Positions 36,251-46,800 of a stretch of DNA of 64,000 nucleotides are shown here, piece by piece (the first letter of the stretch is position 1; each line of letters starts with the position of its first letter). The position numbers and the translations under genes were made by a program. The notes under the pieces were generated by a model. That model was given only the letters and a program-made list of their open reading frames with translations, did no database searches and was not told the origin of the DNA. This DNA is from Hemiscyllium ocellatum (taxonomy: Eukaryota): positions 11,835,052-11,899,051 of the forward strand of contig NC_083409.1 in assembly GCF_020745735.1 (NCBI RefSeq). The letters run 5' to 3'.

Positions 36251-36896
36251 AAGAAAAGTATTTGTCTTTGGTCAGGAATTAGTTTGGAGGTAGGAGGCAG
36301 AGAGGAAGAATAGTGAGTGCATCCTCCAGTGAGGAAGATGTGAATAGTGGTATCCCCAGGGATCTGTGCTGGGAGCTCAGCTTTTTATGATATTTCTCAA
36401 TGACTTGGATGAAGAAACAGAGAGCTGTACATCCAAGATTGCTGATCACACTGTCTGAGGCAGCTTGGAGGAGGTTACAGAGATAGGGAGGGTGGAGGGC
36501 AGAGAGGGTTTTGCGAACAAGGATGAGAACTTGACAATCAAGGAGTTGCTGGAGAGGAGCCAATGTAGATACAGGGTGCAGGGGGTTGGGGGAACAGGAC
36601 TTGATGCAAGTTTGGATACAGGCATCAGAATTTGGGATGAACTGAAGGTTATGGAGGGCGATTGCTGTGATGTGTGCTAGCACAACATTGGAATGGTCAT
36701 GTTTGGAGTCCCACAGACATGATTGAGATTTTCAGTGGCTGGTCTGTATAATATGGAGGATATAGGGCTCAGATCATTCTCAGAGATGTGGCCACGTTTG
36801 TAAAGAGTCTGGTTGTGCAGCAGACCCCCAGGGAGAGGGATGGAGTTTGGACCAGGAGATGAAGAGGATGGCTTTGATCTTCCCAATATGTTTCAC

Positions 36897-37146
36897 AGTG
36901 AGCCGGGCTCCTCAGTCCTGACTGCTCTTAGCTGCTGTGAATGTCACTGATTGGACACTTATTATTAGAGATTCTGACCACAGCAGAAAGCCCCAGTGTA
37001 AAAAATAGTTGCAAGACTGTCAGAGCACAAGGTTGAAACTTCACCAAAAGAGGAAGTGAAAGAAGGAGCTCGGAGCAGCTGGGTGTTTGTTACTGAGATG
37101 GGAGAAAACTGTGAACTGTCTGCTCTCCCTGGAACCTGACAGCACA
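36897..37146 (+). promoter_or_regulatory. Candidate B-cell regulatory module (CCAAT/Y-box, EICE, E-box), cluster 2
   Basis: CTGATTGG at 36947-36954, GAGGAAGTGAAA at 37050-37061 and CAGCTG at ~37076-37081; same orientation relative to V as in cluster 1. Confidence 0.55.
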
Positions 37147-39099
37147 GGAGGCTGGTTCTGGGATTTTTCTTTTCAGAAACAGCACAGTGATGGAAAAAGT
37201 GTCAGTCACTCTCTCACAAACACACACGCCTGCACTTGGAGATTAGAAACAGAATCCAGCAGCAGCTCTGTCTCCAAGCTGTGAAACCTGCACAGAATTG
37301 TTCCCTCATTCAGTTTTTAACTGGCAGGATAGACCAAGCAGGGGAGGCAACACAGTGGTGTGTACAGTCAGAAGGGAGTTGCCCTGGGAGTCCTCACCAT
37401 TAACTATGGAACCCATGAAGCCTCATGACAGCAGGTCAAACATGGGGAAGGAAACCTCCTGCTGATTACCACATAGCACCGCCCTCCCCTCCAACCTCAA
37501 CTGAGCAGTCAGTCCTCCTCCATGTTTGACAACACTTGGAGGGAGCACTGAGGGATGGAAGGATGCAGGATATACCCTGAGTAAGGGACTTCAAAGTCCA
37601 CCATCAAGAGCTGCTCAGAAGCATCACTACTGAGCAAGCTGGTCAGGTTCCACCTGATTCAGCTGCTCGACTGGACCTGGGGCAGGTGGTGAGGGAACCA
37701 ACAAGAGGGAAAAACATACTCACTATCACCCTCACCAACCTGCCTGCTGCTGGTGTATCTGTCCATGACAGTATCAGTAAGGGTGACCACCGCACAGTCC
37801 GTGTGGAGACAAAATCCCATCTTCACATTTAAGTTACCTTACATTTTGTTGGGCAAGAGATTCGGGATGTCAGGAAGAACTTTGTTTTGAACAGCAATTG
37901 GTAATGACTTGGAAATTAGTGCCATTCAGGTGAGGCAGGTGAAGACACTCAGTGATTGCAATGGCAGATTGGATGGGCTCTTGATGGAAATAAACCTGCA
38001 AGGCTCTGGGGGTCGAGTAGGGGAGGGGGTGGGACTGACTGGATTGCTCCATGAAATGACAGCATTTACCTGACAGGCTGAATGTTCTCCCCCTGTGCTG
38101 GAAATAGGTCTCACTCAATGAGGGGTTCACAATTAGAGAGTTTGGATGCAGTAAATACAGGACAAATTGTTTCTCCAGGCAGGAGGGTCAGTAACCAGAG
38201 GGCACACATTTCAGAAAGGGTCTGAAGAACAAGAGAGAAGATAGGAACATTTTTATCCAGCGAGTTTATGATGTCTGTCTGCAAGGTGAGTGGGAGTGGA
38301 TTCAACAGCAACTTTCAAAAGGGCCTTTGGAGAAATAGCTGTAAAGGAAACAATTGCAGGGTTATACAGGAAGGGCTGGGGAAATGGGACTCATTGGACT
38401 AATTTGTCTAACAGTCACAATAGGCCCAATGACCTCTGTCTGTGCTGTATAAGAACTTACACACACTTAGTCTCACCTTTACACAAAGACTGGGAGAAAC
38501 AGACAACCCAGTTTACAGAAGAATGCTTTCTCAAACACTCTTGAACCAACTCAGGGAACAGGCCCAGACTAGATTTACTAGAGTAAGTCAGCAAATCAAT
38601 GACAAGGGAACAGTAAACCAAAAGCAATGGGACTGAACAATATATTCAGTAACACAACAATTGAGAGGAGAAGGGATGAAGGGCAGGAGGTCAGAGAGCA
38701 TGCTGTAGGGGCCTGAAGGCTCTGCTGTCAATGGTGGGATGGAGGAAGCAGCAATGGACAGGAGACTAGAGACAGAAGATGGAAAGGGGAGGGAGGGAAA
38801 GTGAGTCTGCAGCAGGACACAGAGTGAGGGAGGAGGGAGGCCATGGAGGCAATTGGTTGGCAGTGAGCTCATTCTTGAACGACTTCAGATGTCAGACAAG
38901 GAAGGGACCACTCCATATCAGACAAGTTGGGGTTTATGGAATGTGACTTCAGGAAGCTGGGAGAGGACATTGGAATCAATAGTTAGGACAAGCAGGAATT
39001 AGTGTTTCTGTGGTCAGGGGACTGAAGTCGTGCAGAGACAGACAGTGTTGTTGAGACTGAAATAAGGGACCTTCATGATGGAGTGGATTTGGGGTTTGC

Positions 39100-40750
39100 A
39101 GCTCAAGTACTGGACAGTCCAGTGGGAAGGAGGCCCATGTTTACTGGTCTCTCCTGAAGCATCCAGTGAGAAGGAGGTCCATGTTTATTGGTGTCTGTTG
39201 GAGGTTCCAGTGGGACGGAGGTCCATGTTTACTGGTTCTATGGGAAGGTGGCTCATGTATACATCATCATAGAGTCATAGAGGTTTACAGCATGGCATCA
39301 GGCCCTTCAGCCCAACTCATCCATGCTTACCAAGTTTCCAAAACTGAACAAATCCCATTTGCCTGTGTTTGGCCCAAATCTCTCTGAAGCCTTCCTATCC
39401 ATGTTGCTGTAAAAATCTCCTTGAAATGTAGTAACTGTACTCCCCTCTACCACTTCCTCTGGCAGCTCATTACACATACACACCAACCTCTGTGTGAAAA
39501 GGTTGTCTCTCAGTTTCCTTTTAATCCTTTCCCCCCTCAACTTAAACCTATTCCTTCTAGTACTGGATTCTCCTACCCTGGGGAAAAGACTTTGGCTATT
39601 TACCTTATCTATGACCCTCATGATTCTATAAACCTATATAAGGTCACCCCTCAATCTCCTGCATTCCCTGGAAAAAACATCTTGGCATATCCATCCTCGC
39701 CTTATAATTCAAACCCTCCAATCTTGGTAACATCCCTGTTAATCTTTCTTTTATTCAAACCAGCGTAATGACTTCCTTCCTATAGCAGGGTGAGCAGAAA
39801 TGTACACAGTGACCAAATGTGGCCTTACCGATGCCTTATACAGCTGTAACATGATGTCCCAGCTCCTGTACTCCCTGCTTTGACCAGTGAAGGTGCGCGT
39901 GCCAAATACCTTCTTCACCACCCTGTCTACCTGTGACACCATTTTCCAGGAACTATGTACCTGTACCCCTCGGTCTCTCTGTTCAACAACACTCCCCATG
40001 GCTCTACCATTAATTGTGTAATTCCTGCCCTGGTTTGCCTTACCAAAATGTAACTCCTTCCATTTATCAGAATTTCCATCTGGATTTGTTGACCCACTGG
40101 CCCAGTTGATGAAGATGACATTGCACTCTTCGATAACCTTCTTCCCTGTCCACGATGCCAACAATTTTAATGTCAGCCACAAACTTCCTGACCATTCCTG
40201 CTATTTTCTCTCCAAATTGTTCATATAAATGATGAACAACAGTGGATCCAGGATCGATTCTTGTGACAGACGGCTGGTCACTGGCTTCCAGTCTGAAGAA
40301 CAACCCTCTCTCACCAGCCTCTGCCTCCTACCATCAGGCCAATTTTATATCCAATTGGCGAGCTCTCCTTGGATCCTATGTGATATAATCTTACTGAGCA
40401 ATCTACCATGAGGAACCTTGTCTAAGGCCTTGCTAAAGTCCAAGTAGACAGAGTGTACTGCTCTACCTTTATCTAGGTTTGTGATTACTTCTTCAAAAAC
40501 TCAGTCATCTACTTGTCTGAATCGGAAAGTCCAATGAATAGGAGGCCCATGTTTACTGATCTCTCTTGGAGGATCAAATCAGAAGTAGGCCAATGTTTAC
40601 TGGTCTCTGTTGGAGGTTCCAGCAGGAAGGAGCTCATGTTTACTGGTCTCTTCTGGGAACTTCAGTGGGAAGGAGGCCCATGTCTCTCTATCGAGCAGCC
40701 TTGTGAACTAAATTCCATGTTTAGTGGACTCTGTTGGAGAGTCCAGTACG
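39100..40750 (-). repeat. 44-bp tandem repeat array (units ~39100-39245 and ~40530-40750) split by a CR1 insertion (39265-40500, -)
   Basis: Unit CCAGTGGGAAGGAGGCCCATGTTTACTGGTCTCTCCTGAAGCAT (44 nt) is the reverse complement of the unit at 13173. Confidence 0.8.
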
Positions 40751-41199
40751 TCATGAACACATGGTGGGTATGTGGTCAGTTCCTTTCTGTTGTAACTGTG
40801 TGATGCTCCAGCCCTCATCCCAGTCAAACAGCCTGATTCAGAGACTGATCATGGAAGGGGAAGGAAAGGGAAAAGGATTGGAACATGTTGTGGATGGACA
40901 GGCTGGGTCACTGAGTCAGAAATTGTCCTGTCCCTCCAGCTCACACTGATGGCCTGAGGATCTCCTCTCTCTGCTGGGCCTTCGTGGAATGAGGTTTGTG
41001 TCCAAACCAGTCCCCAGTGAGAATAGGGCAACAGAACAGAACTCCCCTTCATTTGACAAGAATCTGTCCATCGTCCTGAATGAGGTCAAACCCTGGTCAA
41101 TGTGAGAAATGGGGAGTTACTCCAGGAAAAGACATGCTTTTGGGTCAAGGGTTAACATCCATTAGTGGGGCAGAGCAGAGGGAGATTTATCCTGAATTC

Positions 41200-41770
41200 A
41201 ACTTTCACCACCTGGGACACTGTGAGAAAGACAGAGAAACAAGACAAAGAGAGAGGTAGAGGCAAATTGTGTGTGTGATCGAGCGATAGAGGGAGGGGCA
41301 TCTGAGACAGTGTGTGATATGTGAAGGGGCCAAGAGAGAGGTAGAGGGAGGTAGACGTGGTGTGATTGAGGGATAGAGAGAGAGAGAAACAAGATGTGAC
41401 TGATCGGGATGGATAGAGAAAAAGAGATAGGATGGGTGTGATACCAAGAGTGAAGGGAATCAAGAGAGAGTGGGTAGGGTTGAGTGTGAGAGAGAGAGAG
41501 AGACATGAGTATGGTCAGAGACAGAATGACAGAGATGGAGGGAGAGAGACTGTAGATTGGGATGCAGAGAGGGAAGGAGAGACAGAGAGAGGAATAGAGA
41601 GGGGCAATTAACATTTGGAGGTTTTCAATTGAAGCGAGCAATGGAGCGAGTGATGGTGAGAGAGAAAGATGCAGAAATAGAGATTATGAGACGGAGTGAG
41701 GAAGTGTAAGTTGGAGAGAGTGGCTTTGAGACAGAGTGAGAGAGAAAGAGAGAGAGAGACAGAGACAGAG
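41200..41770. repeat. Purine-rich (GA)n low-complexity tract
   Basis: GA/AG-rich mirror counterpart of the TC-rich region upstream of V1. Confidence 0.8.
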
Positions 41771-42707
41771 GGACAAGTCCTGGTCACCACATTCTTGGAA
41801 GGATGTGATTGTACTTGAGAGGGTGCAGAGATTTACCAGGATGCTGCCTGGGATGGAGGGTCAGCTGTGGGGAAAGATTGGAATGGTTGGGGTTTTTTTC
41901 CATGCAGCAGTGAAGGCTGAGAGGGGACCTGATAGAGGGGGATAAGATTATTCAGGGCAGTGATAGGGTGAGTAGGAAGGCACTTTTTACAAGAGTCAAG
42001 GACTCAATAACCAGGGACAGAGATTGAAGGAAAAATAGACATGGACACAAAGAAAGTGCTGCAGGAGTAGGCCATTCGGCCCCTTGAGACTGTTCTGTCA
42101 TTCAGTATGATCATGGCTGATCCTCTCTCTTGAAGTCACCTTCCTACTTTCTCCCCATTCCCTTCATGCTGTTAAAATGCAAAACAAATATCTCTCTCTT
42201 TCTCTTGAATATATTCAGTTCCTTGTCCTCCATAGCCTTCAGTGGAAGATGATTCCACAGATCGACCATCCTCTGAGTGAAGAAATGTTTCCTCATCTCA
42301 GTCTGAAATGGTCTTCCCCATATCCCCCTGAGACTGTCCCCCCGGTTCCAGACTCCCCAACCAGGGGAAACCTCCTCCCTGCCCAGCCCTGTTAGAATAT
42401 TATACATTTCAATCAGATCCCCTCTTATCCTTCTGAGTCCAGGCCCAATCGAGTTGGAGAGTGAGAGAAGAGTTAGGGAGAAATGTTTTCACCCAGAGGG
42501 TGGTGGGAGTCTGGAACTCACTGCCTGAAAGGCTGGTTGAGTCACAAACTCTCATGACATTGGAGCAGTATTTAGATATTCCCTTGTGTTGCTGTAGCCT
42601 CCAGGGTAATGGGCCAAGAGCTGGAGGATCATCAGATCTTTGTTTACCAGCACAGACACAATGGGCCAAATGGCCTCATTCAGTGCTGTCCACATCAATG
42701 ATTCTCT

Positions 42708-42740
<33 letters not shown>

Positions 42741-42744
<4 letters not shown>

Positions 42745-42837
42745 AAGTGTGAGGGGCTGACGTGGCTCTCTCTGCCTGATGCCATTTACATACTGAGGAA
42801 CACCCAGTCAGACTCTCACAGGCTGCAGCTTTATAAA
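42741..42837 (+). promoter_or_regulatory. V-kappa promoter, cluster 2
   Basis: GAGGAAGTG at 42741-42749, TGACGTGG at 42758-42765, ATTTACAT at 42784-42791 and TATAAA at 42832-42837. Confidence 0.75.
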
Positions 42838-42897
42838 GCAGAGCCCAGTGAAGGGAGAGTTTATCAGGAACCAGGCACAGGGACAGGAGCACACACC

Positions 42898-42946
42898 ATG
42901 ATTTCACACATCCAGCTGATCTGGCCCCTGGCATTCTGTGTCGCAG
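42898..42946 (+). CDS. IGKV: Ig kappa V leader exon, cluster 2
   Basis: Encodes MISHIQLIWPLAFCVA(G)|gtac; 186-bp intron to 43132. Confidence 0.93.
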
Positions 42947-43132
42947 GTACAAATCTCTCTCCTTCCACCTTGAATCTTTAGCTGCTCTCCATTTCACTCC
43001 AATTCCACTGACTTGTGATTGAAGGGAAAATGCTGAAACCAGAGGAATGCTCAGTGTCTCCAACAATCTCTCATTTGACAGGCTCTTTGTGTGAAAGTTC
43101 TGACTTCACTGTGTTTCTCTCTGACCCCTCAG

Positions 43133-43429
43133 GTATCAGTGGGGACATCATCATGACCCAGTCTCCCCCGGTGCTGTCAGTGGCACTGGGCCAGACTGTA
43201 ACCATCACCTGTAGGGCCATTAGCAGCTACCTTGCTTGAAACCCTCTCTCCTGATCTATGCTGCAGCAACTCAACTCACAGGAATCTTTGATCGATTCAC
43301 CGGCAGTGGATCAGGGACCAGTTTCATCCTGACAATCAGCAACGTTCAGAATGAGGATGTCGCTGACTATTACTGTCAGCAGGATTACAGCTGGCCTTAC
43401 GTTCTGAAAAGTAACCAAGCTCAGACTGA
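43133..43429 (+). pseudogene. IGKV: Germline-joined Ig kappa V-J exon, cluster 2 (pseudogene)
   Basis: Reads DIIMTQSPPVLSVALGQTVTITCRA[9-nt deletion]ISSYLA* (22-nt deletion removes WYQQRED and creates TGA at 43237-43239), then KPSLLIY...[14 protein letters not shown] fused out of frame to J. J carries TGA at 43405-43407, and the donor is weakened to GTAAAT. Confidence 0.95.
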
Positions 43430-43589
43430 GTAAATAAACCTCATTCCTCCGTTGTTAACCCTGTCAATACTGAAACACAATTTATAAAACTCAAATACTG
43501 AATTGTTGATGTGTTGCAGTGAAGGAAATGTTTGATTGAGGAACACCGCGTCCCATATGGTGTACACCTGTATTTCTTTAGTCCTATAA

Positions 43590-43789
43590 CCCCATTAAAA
43601 AGCAAGATATAAGTCAGTCAGTTTTACTCACTGTGTAGAGGACCTCTCCCCATTTGCAGCCTGTGGTCCCATTCCTGCAGCATGGAGTGAAATCAGTGAG
43701 TAGCCTCCTGCCACTCTCAGTGTGACGGACACGGGCAGAGTTTGATGTGAGCTCTGGCTCCCTGTCCCAGTCCCTGATCTCACTGACCT

Positions 43790-43821
<32 letters not shown>

Positions 43822-43875
43822 CAGTGAGACACCGAGCTCCCACCTCCCCCAGCTTTAACTCTGCTCAATCACATA
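43590..43875. other. Conserved J-C intron block, cluster 2, with (CAG)10
   Basis: (CAG)10 at 43790-43819; CACTGTG at 43629-43635 and CACAGTG at 43820-43826; antisense ORF 43628-43843. Confidence 0.6.
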
Positions 43876-43879
43876 ATCA

Positions 43880-46800
43880 CAGAATTGTTACAGTGCACAA
43901 GGAGGCCATTCTGCCCATCCTGCCTCTCCGAATGAGCAATTCACTGAGTGTCATTCTCCTGCCTTCTCCCTGTCACCCTGAACATTGTTGCTTTTCAAAT
44001 ATCAGTCTCATTCCCTTCGGAATGTTTTAATTGAAGCTGCCTCCACCACACTCTCAGGCAGTGCATTCCACACCTTAACCACCCACTGGCCAAAATGTTG
44101 TTCCCCATCTCACTTTTGTGACTTTTCCCAATTGCCTTCAATCTGTGGTCTCTCGGTCTCAATCCTTTCTCTTGGGAACATTTTCTCCCTATTTACTGTA
44201 TCCAGGCCCCTCCTGATTTTAATTCCTCCAACAAATCTCCTCTCAGCCTTCTCCAAAGAAGTCAGTCCCAAATTGTCCAAACTATCTTAATAACTGATGT
44301 TCCTCATCCCTGGAATGATCTTTGGGAATATTTTTGCCATTTCTACAAAATTTCACCTGCTTCCTGAATGATTTACATTATCTATGTCCCTCATGATTTT
44401 ATAAACCTCTATAAGGTCACTCCTCAGACTCTTACACTTGAGGGAAAAAACTCTCAGCTTTTCCAGCTGCTCATAGTCATGGAGTCATACAGCGTGGAAA
44501 CAGACATTTCAGTCCAACTTGCCTGAGTTAACCAGATATCCTAAATGACCTCATCCCATTTGCCAGCATTTGGCTTACATCCCTCTAAACCCTTCCTATC
44601 CATGTTCCCATCCCAATGTGTTTTAAATGTTGTAATTTTAATCCGCCTCCAACGCTTTCTCTAGCAGCTCGATCCAGACACATACCACCCTCTGTGTGAC
44701 AAGTTACCACTCAGGTCCCTTTTGAATCTTTTGCCTCTCACCTTAAACCTATGCCCTCTTGTTTTGGACTCCCGTTCCCAAGGAAAAGACCTTGGATATA
44801 CACCCTGTCCATGCCCTTCATGATTTTCTGCACATCCATAAGGTCACCCGAGGCCTTAGATGCTGCAGGGAAAATAGGCCCATTTCTTCAGCCTCTCCCG
44901 ACAGCTGAAACCCTCCAATTCCTGGCCACATCCTTGTAAATCTTTTCCGCTGCCTTTTAAGTTTAACAACATCCTTCCTATCTCAGGATGATCAGAATTG
45001 TTCACATTATTCCCAAAGTGGCCTCACCAGCTGCTGTACCGCTGCAACCTGATGTCCCAACTCCTTTACTCAATGCAGTGACCAATAAAAGTAAGCATAC
45101 CCAACACCTTCTTCATCTCCCTGTCTACCTGTGACTCCACTGTCAAGGAATAATGCACCTGCACCTGCACCTTCACCACTCAGTCTCTTTGTTCAGCAAC
45201 ACTCCGCAGGGCCCTACCATTAACCATAAAAGTCCTGCCTTGGTTTGGCTTTGAAAAGTACAGCACTCACATTTATCTGAATTAAACTCCATCTGCCATT
45301 CCTCAGCCCACTGGCCCAGTTGGTCAAGATCCCATTGTACTCTTAGACAGCCTTCTTCACTGGCCACAATGCCACCTGAAAATTCACCTGAACAGACTCT
45401 CACAACTCTGGCCCCTCCCTGCCTGTTACACTGCTACTACCCCAGTCTATATTCAAAAATTAAAGAACCATTTATAATGACTCTATCACGTTTGCAGGTA
45501 TCTGTAAATTCCTTGCATTTGTATTCCTCTGCATCCTTCCCATTGGGTGGTGACTTGTTGACTGTTCTGAGGATTCTGTGGTCCTTGGTGTTCCTCTCTG
45601 TTATTCCCTCCTGGCTCCCACAGCCCTGCCAAGTTAGTTTAAACCCTCGCCAACTGCACTAGTAAATCACCCCAAAGGAACTCAGTCCCAGCTCGGTTCA
45701 GGAACAACGCTGTCTGGTCTGTCCAGGTCCCATCTCCCCCAGACCCAGTCTCAATGTCCCAAGAATCTAAAGTCCTCCAACTTGGATCCTCTTTCCAGCT
45801 TCACATTCACCTGTGTTATCCTCCTGTTCCTATTCTCACTTGGATGGGGCACTGGGAGAAATCCGGAGATTCTAACTTTTGAGATCCCAGTGCTAATTCC
45901 CTCCAGAGCCCCCTAAATTCTGACTGCAGGACCACATCCCTTTCCTCCCACTGTCACTGGGACCGATGTGGACCACGACTGCTGCCTGTTCCCCCTCTCC
46001 CCTCAGGGTGCTCTGCAGCCGCTCAGAGACATCCTTGACCCTGGCACCAGGGAGACAACACACCATCCTGGATTCCCATCTGCAACTGCAGAAACACCTA
46101 TCGATTGCCCTCACTCTCGAATCTCCTCTCGCTCTCCCTCTTCCTTGTACCCCCTGTACAGCTGAGCCCCCCGTGGTGCCATGGGCTTGGCTCTGGCTGC
46201 ACTCCCCAGATGAACCATCATTCTCATCAGGATTCTGAACTGAATCCTGGTTGGAGAGTGCGATGCACTCAGGGGATTCCTCTACTAGCTGCCTGGTCCT
46301 TTTAGACTGTCTGCTGCTCCCCCATTCCCTCTCACCCTGCATTCGCTGAAGCTGCAGAGTGACCACATCTAGAAACGTGCTCTCCACAGAGCTCTCAGCC
46401 TCACGGACGCTCCACACTGACACCAGCTGCTGCTCAAGCTCCGGAACCCGGAGTTCCAACTGCTGTCACTGACCACACTTTCTGTTCTCATGGTATTCCA
46501 GGAGCTAGGAAGCATTCTGAAGTTCCCACCTAAATGCACACTCTCTTCACCCTTTGGTCATCTCTTGGCAAAGTTCTGATGACAAACAGCTCCAGCAGGG
46601 CTCACAGTCCAGTGGGTTCAGTGTTCCAGGGTTTTGGGGAAACTCTCCAGAAGACTTTAAGAAATAGGAGCAGAAATCAGCCATTCAGCCCGTTGAATCT
46701 GCTCTGCCAGTTGATCTTGGCAGATATGCTTCTCACCCCCATTCTCTGCTTGATCCACAGGAACGTTCGATCCCCTTAACTATCACAAACTATCTACCTC

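Noticed and set aside
37097-37138. ATG downstream of the EICE module as a coding start
   Set aside because: It stops after 13 codons, and the ATG is ACG in the cluster 1 copy.
42640-43239. ORF-track proteins spanning promoter, leader and intron (42640-42981, 43015-43239 and copies)
   Set aside because: These are read-through of the leader or V frame into intron and promoter sequence. The real structure is the spliced L + V-J.
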